Origin: an uncultured bacterium
GTDB taxonomy: Bacteria > T1Sed10-126
Assembly: GCA_964566495.1 (NCBI GenBank)
Contig: CAZMIT010000029.1
Location: forward strand, 1 to 17,335
Reading direction: 5' to 3'
DNA: 17,335 bases
Below are positions 7,357 through 15,167 of the stretch, piece after piece. Numbering within the stretch: position 1 is the first letter of the stretch; every line of letters starts with the position of its first letter. The notes below the pieces were generated by a model. It had not been told where the DNA came from, made no database searches, and saw nothing but the letters and a program-made list of their open reading frames with translations. The position numbers were made by a program, and so were the translations under genes.

Positions 7357-7698
7357 TCAAGCGATCATTTTTATGGCGGGAAAACCGATGTTATCCGCAA
7401 CAGTCCGAAGGGTAGAGTCCACCGTTGCACTCTCAATTTGAGAAAAAGCAAGTTCAATATTTTTGTCGGATAAATCCCCCGTTTTGAAATCGAGTAATAA
7501 ATTTCCAATGGACGAATCACAAAACGACGGGTTCATCATTTTGACACCTTCAAAAGAGAGGATAAACTCACTATCCTCTTCAAGGTCGTTGGCTTTCTTC
7601 AGTATCTCTTTATACGCTTGTCGCCCTTCTTCTCTCCCCGTTAAAAACTGTCCGTGTTTGTTCATCTTATATTCGATCAAGGACATTGTTCGTTTCAC
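7357..7698 (-). CDS. STAS-like domain protein (DUF4325)
   Basis: LTGREEG...ILSFEGVKMMNPSFCDSSIGNL matches DUF4325 (L.sR..g, lDF.gV..i.sSFaDE.fG.L). It overlaps the upstream ATPase gene; RBS AAGGAGTGA suits the ATG at 7686 (MSLIEY). Confidence 0.85.
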   Translation of the reverse strand: MKRTMSLIEYKMNKHGQFLTGREEGRQAYKEILKKANDLEEDSEFILSFEGVKMMNPSFCDSSIGNLLLDFKTGDLSDKNIELAFSQIESATVDSTLRTVADNIGFPAIKMIA

Positions 7699-8602
7699 TC
7701 CTTAGCTCGTTTAAATTCGGTGGCACTCCACCAATATTATCGGTAGATAAATCAAATCCAATTAATGTCCCCTCTAACATTCCATTGTGTTGACTGTGTC
7801 GGACATGCCCCCCTCGCACAAATATTTTACCACATCCGCTCCGAATATCAAAATTTGACCCACTTTTCCGGGCAATCGTTAAAATATCAGTCAGACCGTT
7901 TCCCCGACGCTCTCTGATGGTTTCATGACCACTAACACCCGGTTTCAAGGCCTCGATAATGGCGGCTTGGTCGTTGGAAAAGTTGTATTTCGACGATTCA
8001 TTAAGGGTCCTTCGAATTCCTTTTCCAAAATCTCCCACACTAATTTGAACCTGGTTTTTTTGCGGGTAACTCTGAACACAGGTAAAGGCTCCCTGCAAGC
8101 TTCTTCCCCCCATAGTAGCATGATTGAACACGTTATCGCACAATTCGCCAACAATGTAGGTAACCCAGCCTACGACATCATCCTGAAATCCCTGCGTTAA
8201 AAGAATCTTCCCGCAACGATTAAAAATACGCTGAATTTGATTACGTTGCGACAACCAGAATAATTCTTGTAAAATACCTGACCTGTCGTAGGACGAAACA
8301 TGGCTATGAGCAAAATTCATATAAGCAAGATCGTTTTGTTCAACTTTATCAAAAAAGCCTATCCGGGTTAGATAATTAAATCGATGTCTGTGTGATGGTG
8401 GTTCAATCTGAACCCTGCATCCATCGTCCTTCAGTTGCGCCAAAAATATAAATAACCCAGTAATCGCATACGGCTTAATAAACTCAATCTTCGATAGATC
8501 AACCAAAACGCTCGTTTGGGTACTATAATGCTGAAATATATTTTCCAGTGACTGCGGAAATGTTTTTCGTATTCGAATGACGTCATCAAAATTTTCTTCC
8601 AT
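7667..8602 (-). CDS. GHKL/histidine-kinase-like ATPase with N-terminal STAS-like region (anti-sigma-type kinase)
   Basis: N-box VGELCDNVFNHA, G1 VGDFGKGI, ALKPGVS, G2 RRGNGL, C-terminal EGTLI; N-terminal VLVDLSKIEFIKP and NYLTRIGFF. No HisKA domain or transmembrane segment is seen. Confidence 0.88.
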   Translation of the reverse strand: MEENFDDVIRIRKTFPQSLENIFQHYSTQTSVLVDLSKIEFIKPYAITGLFIFLAQLKDDGCRVQIEPPSHRHRFNYLTRIGFFDKVEQNDLAYMNFAHSHVSSYDRSGILQELFWLSQRNQIQRIFNRCGKILLTQGFQDDVVGWVTYIVGELCDNVFNHATMGGRSLQGAFTCVQSYPQKNQVQISVGDFGKGIRRTLNESSKYNFSNDQAAIIEALKPGVSGHETIRERRGNGLTDILTIARKSGSNFDIRSGCGKIFVRGGHVRHSQHNGMLEGTLIGFDLSTDNIGGVPPNLNELRSETNNVLDRI

Positions 8603-8739
8603 GCGTTATCTCCATTGCTTTTATATTGCTTTTATAAATTAGTTGCTAAAGATGCGCTGTCCTCCACCCTTCATAATTTGATTTTGGCTGAATATCGCTT
8701 GACCACAGGGGGTAACCCTCCTTTTAGATTGTGACTCAT

Positions 8740-8838
8740 TTATCTGAAACAGTGCACTGGGCTTGTAATATGAGCATCTAAGACAAGCCCTTGTTGGATC
8801 AGTTGTTCTGGATCATGTGATTGTGAAACGAGGGGCAT
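8740..8838 (-). pseudogene. Probable truncated remnant of a partner gene, possibly the N-terminus of a retropepsin-like protease
   Basis: An ATG 2 bp after the DUF5678-like stop opens MPLVSQSHDPEQLIQQGLVLDAHITSPVHCFR*. This resembles the 'L...GP.l.v.i..P' N-terminus of aspartyl proteases that follow such genes; no DTG motif is present. Confidence 0.3.
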
Positions 8839-8840
8839 TT

Positions 8841-9104
8841 TTACACAGCCTGCTTCATAACAAAGTTCGATACGTCCCGTTCTACTTTTTGAATAATAAA
8901 GGTTTCTGGTTCATATTTATCACTCGCCCACTTCCATGCATCTTCAAAACTGTCAAAAATTTCTTTGATTTCCTCTTCATGAAGAACCACAAAGTCACCG
9001 GAATGTTCTTCCAATATGTTCTCTAACTCGTCTTTGAAAACTTTATAATTTTTTTCAATTTCTTCCTTTGGCATTGAAATCACACTCGATAGAGTTTCTG
9101 CCAC
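8841..9104 (-). CDS. Small DUF5678-like protein; start possibly at the internal Met (MPKEE)
   Basis: NYKVFKDELENILEEHSGDFVVLHEEEIKEIFDSFEDAWKWASDKYEPETFIIQKV fits the 'G.fV.i....i...fds.edA...a......flI..V' pattern. Confidence 0.65.
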   Translation of the reverse strand: MAETLSSVISMPKEEIEKNYKVFKDELENILEEHSGDFVVLHEEEIKEIFDSFEDAWKWASDKYEPETFIIQKVERDVSNFVMKQAV

Positions 9105-9442
9105 TTAAAAGCTACTAATAGTATCGTTTTTTTAAAAGGGAAATTCAACCATCTTACGATTCATTGACATGAATGATCACTCACCCTGATATTCTCAAAC
9201 CTCTAAACATTAAAATAAGCCAGGATAAGCTGAAATTATCTCCCCCAATTCCTCGAACTCTTCTTGCAATTTTAGCCCCCCTTCTATCACGAATAATTCT
9301 TGTTTTTATATCTAACTAATATTGGTGCGGGTGGTAATTTTAATAAGCCTGACTGTTTGTCAAGCTGGAGCCCCGGCATGATAGTGCAAAGCAAACAGCC
9401 TTAAATTCAAATATTCGACCTTATAAAAATATGGCCTCGCAT

Positions 9443-9464
9443 TACGTCAAAGTACTTTGACGTA
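9443..9464. promoter_or_regulatory. Perfect 22-bp palindrome TACGTCAAAGTACTTTGACGTA (operator or hairpin)
   Basis: Exact self-complement about 50 bp past the vWA stop; the direct repeat TATTCATAGCA x2 (9482-9492, 9502-9512) is adjacent. Confidence 0.55.
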
Positions 9465-9515
9465 GTCCGAAATGAGGTGGGTATTCATAGCAGAGTCCGC
9501 CTATTCATAGCAATT

Positions 9516-11171
9516 TCAGTAATACCGGGCAACTTTCTTGCCGGTGAGATAACTTTCCAGGTTCTCCCATGAGTCGGTCGCGTGCTGGTCTAAGCGCGGC
9601 CTCGCCTCCCTCTCAAAACAGACGAACATCTGAGCCTTTTTCAGGTAATTTTGGTTTGCCTGAGTTAAATCCTCCACGTGGCCGTCGCTAATCACAAGTA
9701 TCCTTTTAAATTTATTCTCGCGCGCGTGTGAGAGCACGCAGTTAATTTTTGTTCCACCGGTTAACCTGTGTCCCTGCTTTAATTCCTGAACCCGCACCGG
9801 TTTAACCTTTGTCGTAAACAGATAAACCGGGCCGGCAATCAGCTCTTCGCTGCCCAGGATAAGACTGGCCACCATATCCACTATCTCATCGCTCATTGAC
9901 CCTGAAGAGTCGAGGTAAACGTGAGTAGCCTGACCTTCACGCTCACGGGTCACTGCCTCCCGTTTAAAAAATACCGGCCAGGTCCCCCGGCCAAGCAAAT
10001 AGCTACTGCGCCTGTCATGCGCCGGCACTACTCCCGGTCTTTTTTGCTGCGCTCGGACCGGCCTCAGAGAGCGACAGTCCTCATCTAACGCTCGCTTGAT
10101 AATTTGTACAAAACGGGCCACCCTCTGTTCCTTCCGCGGTCGAGTCGTAAGCTCATGGCCCTCTCCGTCCCCCCGGCCTTTCTGGCCGCGCCGGCCATGT
10201 CCGCCCAGCATAACAAAACGGGGTGTGGATAGCAGAATCTCATCCAATAGCCGGGCCAGCTCCGGCAGTATCATGCCGCCAGTCCATGACTGCAGGTAAG
10301 CACGAAATAAGCGTTTAAAATGCTCCCTTGCGCATTCTGGATCTATCCAGTCTACCTGCTCCTCTATCTGATCATAGAGCCATTTTCCGACTTCACATCC
10401 AAAACCTACCGCCCCCCCGTCATTGCGGGCTTGACCCGCAACCCATTTTCGATGATCTTCCATGGATTCCGGGTCTACGTTTCCCAGCTGGTTACTGGGA
10501 ACCGGCTGGGTCATTTCGCCCGGAATGACGTTGGTAGGTTTTGCTTCAGACCAGGAATCTTGCTCATCTTTGCCGGTAGCTTCAAAAATCGCCGTTAAGA
10601 GGCTTTCACTGCTTTCGTAGATATCTTGCGAGAAAATTTTAGGCTGGCGACCCTCGGTTTTCTCCAGGAACTTCTCACAAAGGTGATGCGGGGGCAGAAG
10701 TAAAAAATTCAGTCCTTCAGGTTCATACAACTGCCGGGTCAGGTCCTCTTCGACCGGGAACCCATTCTGGTAGAGGGCGGCGTTCACAAACAGGTCAGTT
10801 AACAGGTTGGACAGCCGGCGCCAGTGTAGGTTTTTCAAACCCACCACCCGCCGGCTGAAGTCAGCGCGCAGAGCGTGGGCCGCTTCGTGCAGCAGGACAA
10901 AAGCAAGGTTAGCGAGCGAACGCTCCCGGTCCGGACGTAGATATTCCTCGTAGAAACTGCGATTTATGTAAATAACCTTGCCCCTTCCCCGTTGTTTTTC
11001 TATTTGGGCGGTCTGCGCCCGCTCATCAAAATATATCCCTTTCACTTGTTTAAGCTGGGCCAGACACTTACTCCCATAAGTAGATTCGGGAAACGGTGTC
11101 GTCTCCAGCCAGTCGAGAATTTGGGGTAGCGAGATGCCGGACGCGGACGCAACTTCTTTGCTCTTTCTCAT
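9516..11171 (-). CDS. HExxH metallopeptidase-like plus vWA domain protein (DUF2201-like MoxR partner)
   Basis: TA...IYINRSF, FVLLHEAAHAL and NLLTDLFVN in the N-terminal part; vWA MIDAS VYLDSSGSM, GGT and VISDG at the C-terminus. ATGA overlap with the upstream gene. Confidence 0.88.
   Translation of the reverse strand: MRKSKEVASASGISLPQILDWLETTPFPESTYGSKCLAQLKQVKGIYFDERAQTAQIEKQRGRGKVIYINRSFYEEYLRPDRERSLANLAFVLLHEAAHALRADFSRRVVGLKNLHWRRLSNLLTDLFVNAALYQNGFPVEEDLTRQLYEPEGLNFLLLPPHHLCEKFLEKTEGRQPKIFSQDIYESSESLLTAIFEATGKDEQDSWSEAKPTNVIPGEMTQPVPSNQLGNVDPESMEDHRKWVAGQARNDGGAVGFGCEVGKWLYDQIEEQVDWIDPECAREHFKRLFRAYLQSWTGGMILPELARLLDEILLSTPRFVMLGGHGRRGQKGRGDGEGHELTTRPRKEQRVARFVQIIKRALDEDCRSLRPVRAQQKRPGVVPAHDRRSSYLLGRGTWPVFFKREAVTREREGQATHVYLDSSGSMSDEIVDMVASLILGSEELIAGPVYLFTTKVKPVRVQELKQGHRLTGGTKINCVLSHARENKFKRILVISDGHVEDLTQANQNYLKKAQMFVCFEREARPRLDQHATDSWENLESYLTGKKVARYY
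10400..10543. repeat. RPE/REP-like palindromic element inserted in-frame within the peptidase-vWA gene
   Basis: CGTCATTGCGGGCTTGACCCGCAA at 10418-10441 is identical to the intergenic copies at 14112 and 14238. The partner arm is ATGGATTCCGGG...CCCGGAATGACG (10462-10530), with outer inverted repeats CAAAACCTACC/GGTAGGTTTTG. Confidence 0.85.
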
Positions 11172-12493
11172 AATGCTACCGTACAGAGTGCCCGTTGAGT
11201 TAATTCCTCGCCACCGGCAGAAGATTGTTCCAGTTCCACCGGTGTCGGTTCGTGTTCGGGAGAGTAAACCCCCTCCTTACTCCGCTGCAAAATATAAGCG
11301 AGCAGCTTCGTATCCTCAATTACCGACGCCGGTTTGGCAGGTGCTTTCAGTCCTCTATTGCCTCTCGCCTGCAAACCGGCAGTGGTCTTATCACTATTTT
11401 CATAAGCCGTAAGATTTATCGGGTCGGCTAAAGAATTAACAACCCAGCGCTGCTGCAGCAGATCCGGCTGGCATTTAAGCTCGACTTCCTCGCGGGCCAC
11501 AGTTTCCGCTACCTCCAGCTCCAGTTTTTCTGGCGGGCTACTAATAACCCACTGCGGCTTAAGAAAATCAAGCGGCACCAACTCACCTCTCCCCATCTCC
11601 CGGTTCAACTGTCGGCCTTCACTGTCAATTTTTTCGACCAGGCCGAGCGGAAATTTTTGGGGATCGGCTACCACCCCCGTTTCACCGCCATAAGAATAAA
11701 CGTAATTAGTAAGCCTCCCCTGGCGATCTTTCACCCCGCGGACAAAATCCTGGCCGTAAACTTGTGCTGCATCGTCCCCGTCCTCAGCACCCTGTAATTT
11801 ACGTTTGACTGGATAAAAGGGCCTGTAAAAATCAGTCTGGAGCCAGCCCCGCTGGCGGATATTAGCGACTTTATTGACTTCGCTGCCGTTAATGGCTATT
11901 CGACTCGCCATAAAATGATTCATAGCCTCCCCGGTGATAAAAATAGCACGTTTACCTCCCCGCACATGCTCCTGTAAAATAAGATTTTCACAACCATGAC
12001 CATCATTAGTTTTTTGATTAGCGGCAGGCCGAAACAACAGCGGCGAGCAATCGTAGGGGTTCTTTCTGTTCCGTAGATCTACGTTGAGCTGGGCGATAAG
12101 CTGGGCCCGCACCTTGCCCGGCTCACCTCGAAATGACTTTTCCTTACTAAGTTTTGAATCTAACCACCGGTTTTCGGTCACCTCCAACAGGTGCTTTTGA
12201 GCAAAATCCAGCAGCGCCTCAACCTCCTCCCCCAGTACCATTCCTTCTATCTCCTTAACCTGGCCGTCCGCCGGAGACTCATACTTAAATTTTACCGGGA
12301 GAATAGGATTAGCTTGCGACGGAGCCTGACCCAAGCCCTTTTCGCCAAGAATCTTGGCCAGACCTTCGCGATAAGATATAAGATCAACTGCTTCCATCTC
12401 CATAACCCGACTGGCCGGCCACTCTATTGCCTCCAGTTTTAGAACTTGAACTGATCCAATTTCTTCCACCACTACATAACTATAAAATTTCAT
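11168..12493 (-). CDS. Hypothetical protein (441 aa), middle gene of the MoxR-vWA operon
   Basis: Long ORF with RBS AGGAGGAGAGG and ATGA overlaps with both neighbours (12490-12493, 11168-11171). No domain recognised. Confidence 0.8.
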   Translation of the reverse strand: MKFYSYVVVEEIGSVQVLKLEAIEWPASRVMEMEAVDLISYREGLAKILGEKGLGQAPSQANPILPVKFKYESPADGQVKEIEGMVLGEEVEALLDFAQKHLLEVTENRWLDSKLSKEKSFRGEPGKVRAQLIAQLNVDLRNRKNPYDCSPLLFRPAANQKTNDGHGCENLILQEHVRGGKRAIFITGEAMNHFMASRIAINGSEVNKVANIRQRGWLQTDFYRPFYPVKRKLQGAEDGDDAAQVYGQDFVRGVKDRQGRLTNYVYSYGGETGVVADPQKFPLGLVEKIDSEGRQLNREMGRGELVPLDFLKPQWVISSPPEKLELEVAETVAREEVELKCQPDLLQQRWVVNSLADPINLTAYENSDKTTAGLQARGNRGLKAPAKPASVIEDTKLLAYILQRSKEGVYSPEHEPTPVELEQSSAGGEELTQRALCTVAL

Positions 12494-13971
12494 TTTGCCT
12501 CTCCTCCTTTTACTTTTGTAATACGCTTGCTGAGGCGTTCAATAAACTCACTCACCTCTTCAACGTTATTCCGGCTTAACTGGTAAGCTCGCTCCTCTTC
12601 CTTCTCCACCAGCCACCAACCAAGCAAAACTACGGCCAGAGCCCGCGCCGGCTCACCCCGGCGACAGACAGCCTCGAGTACCCCAGGTTCTCGTTTGATC
12701 GGACTTAACTCTTCGGCCAGGTTACGGCCTGTAGTCAGAATTCTACTTATAAGCTCAGCCTCTAAATCAACACTGGAATCCGGATGTTTAAAATTTTGCA
12801 GCGCCCGGCCCAGGGAAGCTAAAACAGGCAAGGCTTCAACGAGATTGTCTTTTTCCAGCGCCCGGTTGACAAGCTCGCCCCCATCAAGGGTCTGGTTGGT
12901 TTGTATCGACCGATTGTCGGTGAGCGCTGCGAAAGCATCATAATGCGCCATTTCATAAGTATGCCTGGGTATCTCCTGCCCCAGCGCAAGGTGCGGGAGG
13001 CTGTTGAATAGAATTTTTTTCAGCAGCTTATTCAACTGCTCCTCATCAGCGGGTTTATCAACCGCAAACCCAACCAGCATACTGCGCCTCAGCATCCCCA
13101 GTCTCCTCCCGTCCAGGTGACACAGTTCCTCCTCGCTCGGGCGCAATCCGTCAACCAGACAACTAAGATATCTATCTATTTTTTCGCCCATTTCATCAAC
13201 CACCTGCGGAAGACGACGGCGTATACTAACCAACCGCGCCGCCAAATTAACCTGGCGACAGCCATGGATCGATTTCGAAAAAGTCTCCCGTAACAGCGGA
13301 GCATCGTCAGAGCTTACGGCCCGCAGCACTTCCCGGCGGTCGGCAGCATCCATTTCAGCCGTAGAAGGCATTTCCAGCACAAATGAAAACCGGCCCGCAA
13401 CTGCTGGATCCAGGGGCATCGCCCCCTGGTATTGGCCGGGCGGATTCATCGCCGCAAAGATATATCTCAACTCCGGTAATTTTTTCCCCATCAACCGGCG
13501 CGAACGGATGACTTCCAGCCACTTGTTCTGGGTCTGCGCATTCGCCCGTGATATTTCGTCGACAAGGATAAACTCCTTACCCCACAGGGAGACCGATGTA
13601 GGCACATAATCCAGCTCCCCCTGCCCCAGGGCTTCCGGATTGGGAAATCCAATAATGTCCTCAAACAGCGCCTTAGAAGCGTCGTAGGCGTGAAACTCTA
13701 AGTCCAGAGCCCCGGCTACCGCGGCCGATAGAGCTGTCTTCGCCGTCCCGTGTTCACCTACCATCAACAACGGGTCCCCGGTAACCAGCGAACAGAGTAT
13801 GGGCAGCTCCAGTTCCTCCAACCCGACCAGTCCCAGTTGACGCAAAAAACCGCCTGGATCCATATCTTCATTTTCTGCTTCCGGCTCTTTGACCGCAGCC
13901 GCGACCGGCTGCAGCTCCCCGGCTTTTATTTTCCTGCCTGATCCATTATCCGGCTCACCTGTTTTACTCAT
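12490..13971 (-). CDS. MoxR-family AAA+ ATPase
   Basis: Walker A GEHGTAKT, Walker B ILVDEISRA, TQNKWLE, sensor I AAMNP, arginine finger LDPAVAGRF. The start is placed at 13971 (MSKTGE) because GGAGG lies 7 bp upstream and the longer start begins inside a hairpin repeat. Confidence 0.92.
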   Translation of the reverse strand: MSKTGEPDNGSGRKIKAGELQPVAAAVKEPEAENEDMDPGGFLRQLGLVGLEELELPILCSLVTGDPLLMVGEHGTAKTALSAAVAGALDLEFHAYDASKALFEDIIGFPNPEALGQGELDYVPTSVSLWGKEFILVDEISRANAQTQNKWLEVIRSRRLMGKKLPELRYIFAAMNPPGQYQGAMPLDPAVAGRFSFVLEMPSTAEMDAADRREVLRAVSSDDAPLLRETFSKSIHGCRQVNLAARLVSIRRRLPQVVDEMGEKIDRYLSCLVDGLRPSEEELCHLDGRRLGMLRRSMLVGFAVDKPADEEQLNKLLKKILFNSLPHLALGQEIPRHTYEMAHYDAFAALTDNRSIQTNQTLDGGELVNRALEKDNLVEALPVLASLGRALQNFKHPDSSVDLEAELISRILTTGRNLAEELSPIKREPGVLEAVCRRGEPARALAVVLLGWWLVEKEEERAYQLSRNNVEEVSEFIERLSKRITKVKGGEAK

Positions 13972-13997
13972 GGTTTCCCTCCATAAATTTAAAGATA

Positions 13998-14025
13998 GCC
14001 CTCCCCCCACTGGGGGGGAGAGGGC
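13998..14025 (-). repeat. GC-rich REP-like hairpin (CCCTCTCCC...GGGAGGG family)
   Basis: gccctccccccactgggggggagagggc lies just upstream of the MoxR RBS. Confidence 0.6.
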
Positions 14026-14111
14026 ATTCGGGACATTAAAAAGATGTACCTGTTTAGCATCCCCAGGGGAATTGCAAGAACGTATGAAATCCCCGGGCTT
14101 GCTCCAACGTC

Positions 14112-14343
14112 CGTCATTGCGGGCTTGACCCGCAATCCATTTTTACGAGTTTGAACTACAACCGTTTTAAATTCAAGATGGATTCCGGCTCGGGGCCGGA
14201 ATGACGTCAAGTTCAAGAGCGATCTTGACCTCACGGTCGTCATTGCGGGCTTGACCCGCAATCCATTTTTACGGGCTTGAACTACAACCATTTTAAATTC
14301 AAGATGGATTCCGGCTCGGGGACCGTAATGACATCAAATTCAA
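14112..14343 (+). repeat. Two tandem copies (period about 126 bp) of an RPE/REPIN-like palindromic miniature element
   Basis: Each unit is CGTCATTGCGGGCTTGACCCGCAATCCAT, about 36 bp of conserved spacer, then GATGGATTCCGGCTCGGGG(A)CCG(G/T)AATGAC. Units start at 14112 and 14238. Confidence 0.92.
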
Positions 14344-14475
14344 ACTGGATTTTGAGTCATTTTCCCGGAATAACGCAGACCGGGATATTTTGTCAGGACT
14401 ACGCTAAACAAGTAAAATTTTGTTTGCTGTTATATATTCTGGGGGTGAATAACTATTTTCTCAACTGCTACTGTT

Positions 14476-14493
14476 CTAACTACATGTAGTTAG
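14476..14493. promoter_or_regulatory. Perfect palindrome CTAACTACATGTAGTTAG; shares a 14-bp core with 17137-17152
   Basis: Exact 18-bp self-complement just downstream of the XRE gene and upstream of the MoxR operon. Confidence 0.6.
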
Positions 14494-14504
14494 CTCGACT
14501 CAAG

Positions 14505-14867
14505 TTAATGCACCAAAAACTCCATCCGGTCGCTCCCCGGCCCCAGGCCCAGATCATATACCCGTTCCCGCAGTTCATCTTCCAGCTCACCGGCCAGGAA
14601 GAGATCAATCGGAGCCGGGCCCCCTTCCAGCGAGATGGCCATTTTCAGCATGGTTGTCTGCCTGACAGCGTCAGGGGCACCATACAGTTTTTCCTGCATG
14701 TCATGCAGCTTCTCCCAGAGCCGATCACGGATCAGTGCCTTCCCGTTCTCCCAGCGACTTACGGCGGCCGGCGAGACACCAACTATGAAAGCAAAGGTGG
14801 GTTGATCACAGGAAAGCTCCTCACGTAGATCACGAACAAAACGCGCACGGTAGGCTTTTTCCTCCAT
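14505..14867 (-). CDS. XRE-family helix-turn-helix transcriptional regulator
   Basis: VRDLREELSCDQPTFAFIVGVSPAAVSRWENGK; RBS AAAGGGA upstream. Confidence 0.88.
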   Translation of the reverse strand: MEEKAYRARFVRDLREELSCDQPTFAFIVGVSPAAVSRWENGKALIRDRLWEKLHDMQEKLYGAPDAVRQTTMLKMAISLEGGPAPIDLFLAGELEDELRERVYDLGLGPGSDRMEFLVH

Positions 14868-15045
14868 GGCGAGTCCCTTTCTCTTCCCCCGAAGAGATTA
14901 AGTGAGTAATTCAAAATTGGTACACAGTTTACCTGCACAAATCCCTGGACAATTTTTTACTTTAAGATTTTTAGGATGGAGTCAATGGTGAGTATCCCTT
15001 CGCACCGAGCCATCCCACTTCCCCCGATTAACTCAAACCGCAATA

Positions 15046-15091
15046 AGTATATCAGGATCTACACAATATGTCAATGTGAAATTTTTCACAT
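15046..15091 (-). promoter_or_regulatory. Near-consensus sigma70 promoter for the XRE gene with an abutting TGTGA-N6-TCACA palindrome
   Basis: Minus strand TTGACA (15074-15069), 17 bp, TATACT (15051-15046) with extended -10 TG; ATGTGAAATTTTTCACAT at 15074-15091. Confidence 0.75.
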
Positions 15092-15167
15092 CTTATAACT
15101 TCTCCGCCTTTTTCGGCACTGCTGCCCCACTCCGCAATCCATTTTGAAGTTACAATACAAATAAATT

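Noticed and set aside
7667..8602. Two-component sensor histidine kinase
   Set aside because: No HisKA phospho-acceptor domain, transmembrane sensor or response regulator is present; the partner is a STAS protein.
9337..9363. Minus-strand promoter TTGACA...TAAAAT for the DUF5678-like gene
   Set aside because: The spacer is only 15 bp in an AT-rich region, so support is too weak to call.
13972..14010. N-terminal extension of the MoxR ORF (MGGGLSLNLWRET)
   Set aside because: The upstream start lies in a GC hairpin repeat, while a strong GGAGG precedes the ATG at 13971.
13989..14291. 100-aa ORF on the - strand (and 14277-14489 on the + strand)
   Set aside because: The internal duplication VVVQ.RKNGLRVKPAMT is simply the translation of the tandem palindromic repeat.
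14112..14343. CRISPR array
   Set aside because: The intervening sequences are near-identical, arms alternate in inverted orientation, there are only two units, and no cas genes are present.
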